A stretch of 64,000 bases of DNA from an uncultured Geminicoccaceae bacterium (GCA_964528705.1 CAZGUW010000001.1:2429-66428), one strand, 5' to 3'. Shown: positions 37,710-47,978, numbered from the stretch's first letter. A program made the numbers and translations. The notes: generated by a model not told the origin, from the letters alone.

Positions 37710-38962
37710 CCAGCTCGCCACGCCTTAGCCTCGCCGCACTCCTCGTGCTGCCACCGCTCTTGCTCGCGGCCTGCGAGGACGAGCAGCGCAACGCCTATGT
37801 CGCCCCGCCACCGCCCACGGTGACGGTGGCGGCCCCGGAGAGCCGCACGGTCACGAACTACATCGAGCTCACCGGCACGACCGAAGCGGTCGCCACGGTC
37901 GAGCTCGTCGCCCGGGTGGAGGGCTTCCTCGAAGGCGTCCATTTCGAGGACGGCCAGGTGGTCAAGAAGGGCGACCTCCTGTTCACCATCCAGAAGGACA
38001 CCTACGAGGCCGAGCTGCAACAGGCGCAGTCGCAGCTCCAGGCGATGCAGGCGCAGCTCCTGCACGCCGAGACCGAGCTCGAGCGCTACTCCAACCTGTT
38101 CAAGCAGAAGGCGGCCTCCGCCGTCGACGTCGACACCTGGCGCGCCAATCGCGACCAGGCGCAGGCCGGTGTGATCGGCGCGCAGGCGCAGATCGAGCTG
38201 GCGAAGATCAATCTGGGATACACGACGGTCACGGCCCCCTTCGACGGGCGCATGGGGCGGCGGCTGGTCGATGCCGGCAATCTCGTCGGCAGCGGCGGGC
38301 AGACCGTGCTCGCCGAGATCAACCGAATCGACCCGATCTACGCCTATTTCACCATCAACGAGCGCGACCTGCTCAGCATCCGCGACCAGCGCCGGCAGGA
38401 GAATCGCTCGGCCGGCCAGTCGGCCGACCAGAAGCTCGAGCTCGGCCTCGTCAACGAGGACGGATATCCGCACGAGGGGAAGCTCGACTTCGCTGCCATC
38501 GCCCTCACCTCCGGCACCGGCACGCTCGAGCTGCGCGGCACCTTCGCCAATCCCGATCACGTCATCCTGCCCGGCCTCTTCGTGCGTATCCGTGCGCCCC
38601 TGGGCGAGCGGCCGAGCGCGCTCCTCGTGCCCGAGACCGCGATCGGGCGCGACCAGGGCGGCGCCTATGTCATGACGGTCGGGGACGGGGACGAGGTGCA
38701 GCGCACGGGCGTCGAGCTCGGCCAGCTGGTCGACACCATGCGGGTGATCGACAAGGGCCTCGAGGCCGGCGACAAGGTGATCGTCAGCGGGCTGGAGCGG
38801 GCGGTGCCGGGCCGCAAGGTGACGCCGCGCGAAGCAACGGCCGCCGCCCCGGCAACCTCGCCCGATGCCAAGCCGGACGCCAAGCCGGCCGCACAGCCGA
38901 ACGCCGAACCGGACGCCAAGCCGGCCTCGGACGGCTCGGCCCCCGCGACGACGGCCGGCTAG
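37706..38962 (+). CDS. RND efflux periplasmic adaptor (membrane fusion protein)
   Basis: ATG 37706 overlaps the upstream TGA. Lipobox LLLAAC, then GDLLFTIQKDTYEAELQQAQ...INLGYTTVTAPFDGRMG. It is the last 418 codons of ORF 36557..38962. Confidence 0.9.
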   Translation: MTSSPRLSLAALLVLPPLLLAACEDEQRNAYVAPPPPTVTVAAPESRTVTNYIELTGTTEAVATVELVARVEGFLEGVHFEDGQVVKKGDLLFTIQKDTYEAELQQAQSQLQAMQAQLLHAETELERYSNLFKQKAASAVDVDTWRANRDQAQAGVIGAQAQIELAKINLGYTTVTAPFDGRMGRRLVDAGNLVGSGGQTVLAEINRIDPIYAYFTINERDLLSIRDQRRQENRSAGQSADQKLELGLVNEDGYPHEGKLDFAAIALTSGTGTLELRGTFANPDHVILPGLFVRIRAPLGERPSALLVPETAIGRDQGGAYVMTVGDGDEVQRTGVELGQLVDTMRVIDKGLEAGDKVIVSGLERAVPGRKVTPREATAAAPATSPDAKPDAKPAAQPNAEPDAKPASDGSAPATTAG

Positions 38963-38965
38963 CCG

Positions 38966-41900
38966 ATGTTCTCGAAATTCTTCATCGAGCGGCCGGTCTT
39001 CGCCGCGGTCATCGCCATCGTCACCGTGCTGCTCGGCATCGTCTCCCTGCTGCGCCTGCCGATCGCGCAGTACCCCGACATCACCCCGCCTACCATCTAC
39101 GTCACGACGAGCTACCCGGGTGCGAGCGCCGCCACGGTGGCGGACACGGTCGGCATCCCGATCGAGCAGCAGGTCAACGGCGTGCCGGGCATGCTCTACA
39201 TGCAGTCCTTCAGCGCCTCGGACGGCACCTACACGCTGATCGTGACCTTCGAGGTCGGCACCGACATGGATACGGCGCAGACCCTGGTCTATCAGCGCGT
39301 CGCCATCGCCCAGGCGCAGCTGCCGACCCAGGTCGCGGCGCAGGGCGTCACGGTCAAGCAGCAGTCGACCAACATCCTGCTCTTCGCCAACCTGATCTCG
39401 CCGACGAACGCTTATGACAGCCTCTATCTGACCAACTACGCGGCCATCAACCTGCAGAGCGAGCTCGCCCGCGTGCCGGGCGTCGCCCAGGTCAACGTGA
39501 TCGGTGCCGGCACCTACAGCATGCGGATCTGGCTCGACCCGCAGAAGATGCAGAGCTTCGGGCTGGTGCCGGCGGACGTCAGCCAGGCGCTCGACCAGCA
39601 GAACGCCCAGGTGGCCGCCGGGCAGATCGGCATCCCGCCGCAACCCGCGGACCAGCCCTTCCAGTACACCATCAACGTCCTCGGCCGGCTGGACCAGGTG
39701 GCCCAGTTCGAGAACATCGTGGTCAAGGCCGAGGCCACCGGCGGCGGCGAGCTCGTCCGCATCCGCGACGTGGCCCGGGTGGAGCTGGGTGCCCAGACCT
39801 ACAGCACCTTCTCGAACCTGTCGGGCCAGCCGACCGCCGGCCTCGCCATCTACCAGCTGCCGACCGCCAACGCGCTCGCCGTGGCCCAGGCGGTCAAGGC
39901 GAAGATGGAGGAGCTCAAGGGCAGCTTCCCCGGCGGCCTCGACTACACCATCCTCTTCGACACCACGGTCTTCGTCGGCGACGCCATCGACGGCGTCGTC
40001 GAGACGCTGATCGAGGCCGGCATCCTCGTCTTCCTCACCATCTTCATCTTCCTCCAGGACTGGCGCGGGACGCTGATCCCGACCATCACCATCCCCGTCG
40101 CGCTGATCGGTACGTTCGCGCTGCTCGCCGCCTTCGGGATGACGATCAACCTGATCTCGCTCTTCGGCCTCGTGCTCGCCATCGCCATCGTCGTCGACGA
40201 CGCCATCGTCGTGGTCGAGAACGTCTGGCGCATCATGGAGGAGCAGGGCATCGGCCCGAAGGAGGCCGCGATCAAGGCGATGGAGGAGCTGGGCGGCGCC
40301 ATCGCCGGCGTCACCCTGACCCTGATGGCGGTTTTCGTCCCGGCGACCTTCCTGCCCGGCATCACCGGCCAGATGTACCAGCAGTTCGCGCTTGTCCTGG
40401 CCTCCGCCACGGCACTCAGCGCCATCAACGCGCTGACGCTGACCCCCGCGCTCTGCGCCATCATCCTGCGCAAACCGAAGCCGCCGCGCTTCTTCCTGTT
40501 CCGCTGGTTCAACAGCGGCTTCGATCGCCTGACGAAGGGCCAGACGGCAAGCGTCGGCTTCATGATCCGCCACAAGCTCGTGACCATGGTCCTCTTCCTC
40601 GCCGTGCTCGGCGTGGGTGCCGCCGGCTTCATGCGGCTGCCGACCGGCTTCCTGCCGGAGGAGGACCAGGGCTACGCCATCGTCGGGATCCAGCTGCCGA
40701 GCGCTGCTTCGCTGGCGCGCACCGAGGAGGCCGTCAAGGAGGTCGAGGCCGCCCTCAAGGGTGCCCCCGGGATCGCCGGCTGGGTGACCGTCGGCGGCGT
40801 CTCGCTGCTCGACAACAGCACGACCCTCGCCAACGCCGCCGTCATGTATCTCGTCTTCACGCCCTTCGAGGAGCGCGACGCGGCGGGACTCGACCAGGGC
40901 ACCATCCTCGGCGACGTGCGCCATCGCCTGGCCGCCGTCGAATCCGCCATGACCTTTCCCCTGGTGCCACCGGCGATTCCTGGCCTCGGCGTCTCCAGCG
41001 GCTTCCAGATGCAGCTGCAGCTCGAGGGCGGCAGTTCCGATATCCGGACGCTCGCCGCCACCGCCCATACGCTGATCGAGGCCGCCCGCAGCCAGTCCGG
41101 CATCGCCGCGGTGAACACCTCGTTCCGTGCCGACGTGCCGCAGATCTTCGTCGACATCGACCGGACGCAGGCGGAGAGCCTCGGCGTCGACATCGGCAAC
41201 GTCTTCAGCGCCCTCGAGTCCTACACGGGCTCGAGCTACGTCAACCAGTTCAACCTCTTCAACCAGAGCTACCAGACCTACATCCAGGCCGACAGCCGCT
41301 TCCGCCTCCAGCCTGACGACATCGAGCGCCTGCACACGCGCAACAGCGCCGGCGACATGGTGCCGATCGGGGCACTCGCGAGCATCAGCTACACCCAGGG
41401 GGCGGCCACCATCGCGCGCTACAACCTCTACCCCACCGTCGGCCTGAACGGGGCCGCGGCCCCCGGCTTCAGCTCGGGCGACGCGATGGACCTGATGGCG
41501 CAGGCGGCCGAGGCGCAGCTGCCGGCCAATATCGGCTATTCCTGGACCGGCATGTCCTACCAGGAGCAGATCGTCGGCAACCAGGCGATCCTGATCTTCG
41601 GCCTGTCGATCCTCCTCGTCTATCTGGTCCTCGCCGCCCTCTACGAGAGCTGGACCAACCCCATGGCGGTGATCATGGCCGTACCGCTGGCGCTGCTGGG
41701 TGTGGTCGGCGGGATGATGGCGCGCAACTTCGCCAACGACATGTACTGCCAGATCGGCATCGTGCTGATGATCGCCATGGCGGCGAAGAACGCCATCCTG
41801 GTGGTCGAGTTCGCGCGGAGCGAGCGGGCCAAGGGCCTGTCGCTCGCCGAGGCGGCGCGCAACGGCGCGCACGAGCGGTTCCGGCCGATCATGATGACCT

Positions 41901-42127
41901 CGCTCGCCTTCATCTTCGGCATGCTGCCGCTGGCGACCGCCCAGGGTGCTGGCGCTGCCGGCCAGCAGGTCCTGGGCACGGCGGTCCTCGGCGGCATGAT
42001 CACCGCCACCATCTTCAACAACCTCTTCGTGCCGCCCTTCTACGTGATCCTGCAGGGCTTCAGCGAATGGCTGCGCCGCCCCAGGCGATCCGCAACCGGC
42101 ACGGAAGAGCCGGCCGCGGATCGCTGA
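38966..42127 (+). CDS. RND efflux permease (HAE1, AcrB/MexF-like)
   Basis: MFSKFFIERPVFAAVIAIVTVLLG...AQYPDITPPTIYVTTSYPGASA. 1053 aa, 12-TM architecture. ORF 38966..42127. Confidence 0.95.
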   Translation: MFSKFFIERPVFAAVIAIVTVLLGIVSLLRLPIAQYPDITPPTIYVTTSYPGASAATVADTVGIPIEQQVNGVPGMLYMQSFSASDGTYTLIVTFEVGTDMDTAQTLVYQRVAIAQAQLPTQVAAQGVTVKQQSTNILLFANLISPTNAYDSLYLTNYAAINLQSELARVPGVAQVNVIGAGTYSMRIWLDPQKMQSFGLVPADVSQALDQQNAQVAAGQIGIPPQPADQPFQYTINVLGRLDQVAQFENIVVKAEATGGGELVRIRDVARVELGAQTYSTFSNLSGQPTAGLAIYQLPTANALAVAQAVKAKMEELKGSFPGGLDYTILFDTTVFVGDAIDGVVETLIEAGILVFLTIFIFLQDWRGTLIPTITIPVALIGTFALLAAFGMTINLISLFGLVLAIAIVVDDAIVVVENVWRIMEEQGIGPKEAAIKAMEELGGAIAGVTLTLMAVFVPATFLPGITGQMYQQFALVLASATALSAINALTLTPALCAIILRKPKPPRFFLFRWFNSGFDRLTKGQTASVGFMIRHKLVTMVLFLAVLGVGAAGFMRLPTGFLPEEDQGYAIVGIQLPSAASLARTEEAVKEVEAALKGAPGIAGWVTVGGVSLLDNSTTLANAAVMYLVFTPFEERDAAGLDQGTILGDVRHRLAAVESAMTFPLVPPAIPGLGVSSGFQMQLQLEGGSSDIRTLAATAHTLIEAARSQSGIAAVNTSFRADVPQIFVDIDRTQAESLGVDIGNVFSALESYTGSSYVNQFNLFNQSYQTYIQADSRFRLQPDDIERLHTRNSAGDMVPIGALASISYTQGAATIARYNLYPTVGLNGAAAPGFSSGDAMDLMAQAAEAQLPANIGYSWTGMSYQEQIVGNQAILIFGLSILLVYLVLAALYESWTNPMAVIMAVPLALLGVVGGMMARNFANDMYCQIGIVLMIAMAAKNAILVVEFARSERAKGLSLAEAARNGAHERFRPIMMTSLAFIFGMLPLATAQGAGAAGQQVLGTAVLGGMITATIFNNLFVPPFYVILQGFSEWLRRPRRSATGTEEPAADR

Positions 42128-42136
42128 CGCGGCACG

Positions 42137-43003
42137 TCAGGAGGTCAGGGCACCGGACGTCATGCCCTGCACCATGAACTTCTGCAGCAGGATGAAGGCG
42201 ACGACCAGCGGCAGGCTGGCCAGCATCGAGAACGCCATCATCCCGGCCCAGTCCGTGACGAACTCCGCCATGAGGCTGTAGATCGCCATGGTCAGCACCC
42301 GGTTCTCCCAGGCCTCGACCAGCACCATGGCGAAGAGGAACTCGTTCCAGGCCAACAGGAACGCGTAGAGCCCGGCGCCGATGAAGGCGGGATAGGAGAC
42401 CGGCACCAGGATCCGAAAGATGGCGCCCATGCGCGTGCAGCCGTCGACCATCGCCGCCTCCTCCATGGCCGGGGAGATGTTGATGAAGTAGCTGCGGAGC
42501 ATGAGGATGCAGAACGGCAGGGTGAAGGTCAGGTAGACGATGATCAGCGAGGTCCGCGTGTCGTAGAGCCCGAGCATGACGAAGACGCGAAAATAGGGGA
42601 TGCAGAGCAGGATCAGCGGGAACATCTGCGTGATGATGAGGAACATCAAGACGACCCGCTGGCCCAGGAAGTTGAACCGGGCGAGCGCGTAGGCGGCGAG
42701 CGCACCCAGGAACAGCGACAGGAACGTCACGAAGAGCGAGATGAAGATCGTGTTGAGGAACACCACGATATAGCGCGGGTTGGTCAGGATCTTGCCGTAG
42801 CTCTCGAGCGTGAAGTGCGCCGGGATCCAGCTCGGCGGGATCTTCATCACCTCGAGGTTGGGGCGCACCGAGACCGTCAGCATCCAGACGATCGGCAGTG
42901 AGACGATGACGATGGCGAGGATGAGCAGGCCATAGGACATGGTGTTCAGCAGCAGCCGCCGCTGGTTCATGCCGAGGCCGCCCGCCAGGGATTGCTGTCG
43001 CAT
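42137..43003 (-). CDS. Carbohydrate ABC transporter permease
   Basis: ORF 42137..43003. EAA loop EEAAMVDGCTRMGAIFRILVP, six TM helices. Confidence 0.9.
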   Translation of the reverse strand: MRQQSLAGGLGMNQRRLLLNTMSYGLLILAIVIVSLPIVWMLTVSVRPNLEVMKIPPSWIPAHFTLESYGKILTNPRYIVVFLNTIFISLFVTFLSLFLGALAAYALARFNFLGQRVVLMFLIITQMFPLILLCIPYFRVFVMLGLYDTRTSLIIVYLTFTLPFCILMLRSYFINISPAMEEAAMVDGCTRMGAIFRILVPVSYPAFIGAGLYAFLLAWNEFLFAMVLVEAWENRVLTMAIYSLMAEFVTDWAGMMAFSMLASLPLVVAFILLQKFMVQGMTSGALTS

Positions 43004-43018
43004 GGTCGTCTCCCCCGG

Positions 43019-43909
43019 TCAGCCTGCGGTGCTCATCGATCGCCGCATGTAGATCGCGCTGACGACGAAGAGAACGATGAACATGACGACCGCCTGGGCC
43101 GAGGCGTAGCCGAAGTCGAGCTTCTGGAAGCCGTCGAAGTAGATGACGGTCGGCAGCACCTCCGAGGCGTGCGCCGGGCCGCCGCCGGTCATCACGAAGA
43201 CCGGGTCGAAGGCGCGGAAGGTCCAGATCGAATCGAGCAGCACGATCGTCGTGATGACGCCGCGCAGCTGCGGCAGGGTGATGTGCCAGAACTGGCGGTA
43301 GAGCGAGGCGCCGTCGATCTCGGCGGCCTCGTAGAGCTCCTTGGGCACAGCCTGGAGCCCGGCCAGCAGCATCACCATGAAGAACGGGAAGGCGCGCCAG
43401 ACATTCATGGCGGTGACCGAACCCAGCGCCGTCGAGGGGTCGCCGAGCCAGGAGATCGTGGTGCCCGGAGCGATGATCCCGAACCCGGTCAGCATGCCGT
43501 TGATGACGCCGAAGGGTGCGAGCATCAGCACCCAGATCATGCCGGCGACGGTCGGCGCCAGGAGCCAGGGCACGATGAGCATGCCGCGCGCCAGCGACTG
43601 GAAGAGGCTGTTGATCTTCATGTTCAGGAGCAGCGCCAGCGCCAGCCCGATGATCAGATGGAAGGCGACGCTGAAGAACGTGAACAGCACGGTCTGCCAG
43701 AAGGCCTGCCAGAACAGCGGGTCCGCGGCCAGACGGCGGTAATTGGCGAGGCCGGCCCAGGTCTCGGTCATCAGGTTGCTGTTGAAGAAGCTGAGGCGAA
43801 TGACCTCGCCCAAGGGATAGACCAGCAGGGCCACCAGGATCATCAGCGATGGCCAGAGGAAGGACGCGGCCAGGAACTCCTGGCGATATCTTTGCCTGAA
43901 CGAGATCAT
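43019..43909 (-). CDS. Carbohydrate ABC transporter permease
   Basis: ORF 43019..43909. YEAAEIDGASLYRQFWHITLP, MalF-type. Confidence 0.9.
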   Translation of the reverse strand: MISFRQRYRQEFLAASFLWPSLMILVALLVYPLGEVIRLSFFNSNLMTETWAGLANYRRLAADPLFWQAFWQTVLFTFFSVAFHLIIGLALALLLNMKINSLFQSLARGMLIVPWLLAPTVAGMIWVLMLAPFGVINGMLTGFGIIAPGTTISWLGDPSTALGSVTAMNVWRAFPFFMVMLLAGLQAVPKELYEAAEIDGASLYRQFWHITLPQLRGVITTIVLLDSIWTFRAFDPVFVMTGGGPAHASEVLPTVIYFDGFQKLDFGYASAQAVVMFIVLFVVSAIYMRRSMSTAG

Positions 43910-43998
43910 GGACCCGCAATCGATGCGGGGCCAACCGGGCCCATCACTGGACCCGGCTGGCCCCTTTTTCCTTCAGTGACGAGAAGCTTGCCGTCCGG

Positions 43999-45276
43999 TC
44001 AGTTGGCGGCGGCGAGGATCTCGTTCCACTGCGCGGCAGCGTCGTCGAGACCCTCCTGCGCGGTCTTCGAGCCCGAGACGACGTTCTGGATCTCCGTCGT
44101 CATGATCTTGTTCATCTGCACCGCGTTGGGCATGACGAGGAAGGGCGACTGCGCGTTGTCCCTGGCCATCTGGGTGACGAAGGCCTGGAACATCTCCTGC
44201 TCCTTGAACCAGTCCTGATTCGCGACGTCGGTCCGCGCCGGGAAACCGCCGGTGCCCTTGGACCACATCTCGATGCCCTCGGGACCGGAGATCCAGCTCA
44301 GGAAGGTCCAGGCCGCGTCCTTGTTCTCCGACTGCGTGGTGATCGTGTTCAGCGAGCCGCGGACCATGGTGCCGTCGGTGACGCCCGTCGGCAGCGGCGC
44401 GATCTTGTAGTTGAGCTCGGGGTTGAGCTGCTTCTGGATGGCGATGCCCCACGGGCCCTCGAACATCATCGCGACATTGCCCGTGGCGAAGTTGGCGCGC
44501 TTCTCGCGCTCGCCATTGCTGAGCACGCCCGGGACCGAGATGTTGTCCTTGTTGATGCGCTCGACATACCACTCGATGGCGGCGACACCCTCGGGGCTGT
44601 TGAAGACGGCACGATTGGTCTCGGGATCGATGATCTTCGCCCCGGCCTGCAGCAGGAGCGGGTAGATCTCATAAGTCATGTTGGTCGGCGGCTCGGTCGC
44701 CAGCGTGCCGGTGACCGCGAACTGCATCTCCTCCGGCTTCGTGAGCTGGCGCGCCGTCTCGGCGAACTCGTCCCAGGTGGCCGGCGGGCCGTCGATGCCG
44801 GCGGCCTCGAAGAGATCGGTGTTGTAGTAGAGCGCCACCGCGCCGCTCTCGAGCGGCAGGTAGTACTGCTTGCCGCGCCAGGTGGTGTGGAAGGTCTCCG
44901 GAATGTTGCCGAAAAACTCCGGCGGCTGGGCCGCGATCCGCTCGTCGAGCGGCTCGATCATGCCGAGATCGGCGAACTCGGCGATCCAGTCGACCTGGAC
45001 CATCAGCACGTCCGGCAGCTGCCCGGCCTGGTGCAGGACCAACGCCCGGTCATGGAAGCCGGTGAACGGCGAATCGACGGGCACGAGGTCGATGTCCGGG
45101 TGTGCTGCCTCGAACGCCGCCTCGAGCTCGGCCATGAACTCCTGGCCGACCTCGGTGCCCTTCCACTGCGCCCAGCGCACCTCGGTCTGGGCCTGGGCCA
45201 GCGCCGGCAGCACGAAGGCCGTGGCGACCGTCAGCGCGAGGAGCTTCGCGGACGGGGATTTGCGGTTGGTCGTCAT
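43999..45276 (-). CDS. ABC transporter substrate-binding protein, family 1 (sugar-type)
   Basis: ORF 43999..45276. Signal peptide LLALTVATAFVLPALAQAQ, followed by a family-1 SBP fold pattern. Confidence 0.9.
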   Translation of the reverse strand: MTTNRKSPSAKLLALTVATAFVLPALAQAQTEVRWAQWKGTEVGQEFMAELEAAFEAAHPDIDLVPVDSPFTGFHDRALVLHQAGQLPDVLMVQVDWIAEFADLGMIEPLDERIAAQPPEFFGNIPETFHTTWRGKQYYLPLESGAVALYYNTDLFEAAGIDGPPATWDEFAETARQLTKPEEMQFAVTGTLATEPPTNMTYEIYPLLLQAGAKIIDPETNRAVFNSPEGVAAIEWYVERINKDNISVPGVLSNGEREKRANFATGNVAMMFEGPWGIAIQKQLNPELNYKIAPLPTGVTDGTMVRGSLNTITTQSENKDAAWTFLSWISGPEGIEMWSKGTGGFPARTDVANQDWFKEQEMFQAFVTQMARDNAQSPFLVMPNAVQMNKIMTTEIQNVVSGSKTAQEGLDDAAAQWNEILAAAN

Positions 45277-45359
45277 CGTTCCCTCCCTGGGTTGCTCGTT
45301 CTGCGAATGCCTGTCTTCCGCCTGCCCCGGACGAGACCGCCCGGGGCAGCACGCCCGGT

Positions 45360-46772
45360 TCAGCCGGTGCGTTCGGTCTGGCGCGAGGCTGCCGCCGGCG
45401 CCGGCGGCGTGATCTTCTTCACCGTCGTCACCTCGCGCACCAGCTCGCGCGTCCCGCCCACGTTCATCCAGGTGAACATGTCCCGGAACCGCAGCCGCAG
45501 CGCGTCCATGATGTCGGCCTGTGCCTCGGCCGGGATGTCGTAGAAGCGCTGCTTCATCACCTTCCAGGACTTCTTGCGCGTGTTGTAGAGGAACTGCGCG
45601 TCCGTCTCGCCCGGGCCGCGCTCGGCGGCATGATGGGTGAAGGTGTAGTCCCTGATCTCGTCCTTGATCGCCTGCGGCAGGCTCGGGTGGTCGAAGATGA
45701 GGTTGTTGAAGCCGAGCGCCAGATGCACCTCCACCGCACCGTACGGCGCCAGCTTCGCCAGTTGGTCACCCGGCAGTGTGGAAGCCCCATGCTGCACGGC
45801 ACCGCCCATGTTGTACTGCTCGCGGCAGAGATCGGAGATCGTCTTCAGGAGGTCGTAGTCGAGATCGACATCGGCGAGCGAGCCGTCGGGCAGCACCTTG
45901 CCGCCGTGATGGGTGCCGGTGTTGATGCTGATCTTGCTGATCGGTGCGAGATCCCCGCCCTTCGCGCGCAGCAGCTCCTGGTACACCGACATGAAGGCGT
46001 GCAGCTCCTCGGGCGTCGTGTTCTCATGCCCGACCTCGCCGATCTCGCCGCCGAGCGAAATGGTGACGCCCTCGGGCTCGTGCCGACGCACGAACTCGGT
46101 GAAATGCGCGGTCAGCTCGGCATTGACGCGCTGCTGGTCCTCGACACTGGCGAGCGACAGGTCGACGACCGTCGAGGCGTCGATGTCGATATTGTAGAAG
46201 CCGGCCGCGATCTGCCCCTCGATGATCTTCTCGAGACGGCGGATCTCCGCGGCACTGTCCTTGGCGTAGGCGGCGGCGTTGATCTGGTCGTGGTCGGCCT
46301 GCATGAAGACCGGCCCCTCGTGCCCCTCACGGAGCGCCGCGGCAAGGACACCGGCCGTATACTCGGCCGGTGTCTGCCCGGCGAAGATCGATTCGCCGAC
46401 GGCCTGCTCGAAGATGAAGAGCTGCGAATCCAGCTCGCGGGCGGCCTGGAACACCGCCCGGCAGGTCTGGTAGGTCCAGCCGCGCAGGTTCATCGCCGGC
46501 ACGGTCCGGTTGGTCCACTTGCCGGCGGCGCGCGCCAGATAGAGCTCCTGGACGGAGGCCGGCACGATATTGGCCCTGAGCGCCGCCTCGCCGATTGCCC
46601 AGATGGCCATCGCCCGGGTCTCGGGCTCGGCGAGCAGTGCCGCCTTCGCCCAGCGGTCGATCATCTCGTCCGACGGGCGTTTGCTCTGCGAAAAGTCATA
46701 TGGCGGGCGGCCGAGATCGACGCCGATGGCCTTCAGGTCGTCCTCGAGCTCAGCGAGCGAGCAGGTTCCCAT
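45360..46772 (-). CDS. Class II (metal-dependent) ketose-phosphate aldolase superfamily protein, long form
   Basis: ORF 45360..46772, 470 aa. Motifs parallel class II FBA/tagatose-bisP aldolases: PVFMQADHDQ, YNIDIDAS, SLGGEIGEVGHEN, SINTGTHHGG, AVQHGASTLP. Substrate unknown. Confidence 0.7.
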   Translation of the reverse strand: MGTCSLAELEDDLKAIGVDLGRPPYDFSQSKRPSDEMIDRWAKAALLAEPETRAMAIWAIGEAALRANIVPASVQELYLARAAGKWTNRTVPAMNLRGWTYQTCRAVFQAARELDSQLFIFEQAVGESIFAGQTPAEYTAGVLAAALREGHEGPVFMQADHDQINAAAYAKDSAAEIRRLEKIIEGQIAAGFYNIDIDASTVVDLSLASVEDQQRVNAELTAHFTEFVRRHEPEGVTISLGGEIGEVGHENTTPEELHAFMSVYQELLRAKGGDLAPISKISINTGTHHGGKVLPDGSLADVDLDYDLLKTISDLCREQYNMGGAVQHGASTLPGDQLAKLAPYGAVEVHLALGFNNLIFDHPSLPQAIKDEIRDYTFTHHAAERGPGETDAQFLYNTRKKSWKVMKQRFYDIPAEAQADIMDALRLRFRDMFTWMNVGGTRELVREVTTVKKITPPAPAAASRQTERTG

Positions 46773-47066
46773 GCGATCACACCTCTACGGAACGGATTGG
46801 CGCGGAGCGGTACCTTGCAGGCAACGATGATCGCGACCCGATCGGAACTCCACCAGGTAGGTCGGCGACGCGCAGGGGTGTCGATCCGGTCATCCGTTGC
46901 TTCTTCGTCCCGGTACGTCGCCCGACGGCCGAACCGACAGGCGACGTGACGCCTCCCCCGAGCGTCTCAACGCACGGCGCGACGATACAATTTCCCGATT
47001 TGAGCACAAGCAGGATTTTCGCTTTGCGCGCATTCTTGAGCAAAAACGCGCCTCTAGGCGGCAGCG

Positions 47067-47849
47067 CTAGCCGGCGACGAGCAGGCGGCAGCCGGCGGAT
47101 TCGACCAGCCGGACCTTCTCGGGCGGCGGGCGGCGATCGGTGACGACCAGGTCCACCTCGCTCAGATGGGCGAGGCGCGAGGTCGCGACGCGCAGGAACT
47201 TGGTGTGGTCCACCAGCAGCACCCGACGGCGCGCGTTGCGGAACATGGCACGGCCGACGATGGCCACCGGCTCCCGGTACTCGAGGAGCGTGCCCTCGTT
47301 GTCGATGCCGCCGACACCCGTCATGTGCATGTCGCAGCGGTAGCTTTCCACCATGGTGACCGCCGCCGCACCGCCGAAGGACCGGTCCTGCCGCATCCAG
47401 GTCCCGCCGGTGACCTCAATCGAGATATCGGGGCACTGGTCGAGGATCGAGGCGACGACCGTGCTGTTGGTGATCACCCGCAGCCCGCTGGGCTGCCGCT
47501 CGGCGATTGCCCGGGCCAGCGCCTCGACGGTCGTGCCGGTCGGCAGGAAGAGCGAGGTACCGGGCGTCACGAGTTCCGCCGCGGTCCGTCCGACCGCCGC
47601 CTTCTCCGCTTCCATCTCGACACGGCGCTTGCCATAGTCGACATTGGCCGTGCTGATATTGGCACTGGCCCCGCCGTGATGGCGACGCAGCAGCCCATGC
47701 TCGGCCAGCATCTGCAGATCGCGCCGCAGGGTCTGCGGCGTCACCTCGAACGCGGCGACCATCTCCTCCATGGCGACATAGCCGCGCTGGGCAAGGAAAT
47801 TGAGGATCTTGTCGTGCCGTCTGCTCAACTGGACCATGGCGGAGGCCAT
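47067..47849 (-). CDS. DeoR/GlpR family transcriptional regulator
   Basis: ORF 47067..47849. RHDKILNFLAQRGYVAMEEMVAAFEVTPQTLRRDLQMLAEHGLLRRHHGGA, plus a DeoR C-terminal sensor domain. Confidence 0.9.
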   Translation of the reverse strand: MASAMVQLSRRHDKILNFLAQRGYVAMEEMVAAFEVTPQTLRRDLQMLAEHGLLRRHHGGASANISTANVDYGKRRVEMEAEKAAVGRTAAELVTPGTSLFLPTGTTVEALARAIAERQPSGLRVITNSTVVASILDQCPDISIEVTGGTWMRQDRSFGGAAAVTMVESYRCDMHMTGVGGIDNEGTLLEYREPVAIVGRAMFRNARRRVLLVDHTKFLRVATSRLAHLSEVDLVVTDRRPPPEKVRLVESAGCRLLVAG

Positions 47850-47978
47850 CGCTACATGTGCCGATCCGTGAAATCAATCGGAACCGGCTGACCGGCCGGG
47901 GCCGGCGGTTCCTGGGACCCTGGTCCTCACCTTCTCTCTTTCCCCTCCCAACCCGCCATCCTGGGGTGCGCCCTCATC

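Noticed and set aside
37643-41872. A 1409-aa ORF on the minus strand, the longest in the window.
   Set aside because: It is antisense to the RND permease, whose AcrB-family sequence is unambiguous. The antisense product is low-complexity Arg/Gly/Asp/Ala/His-rich with no motifs. This is a stop-poor antisense frame typical of high-GC DNA.
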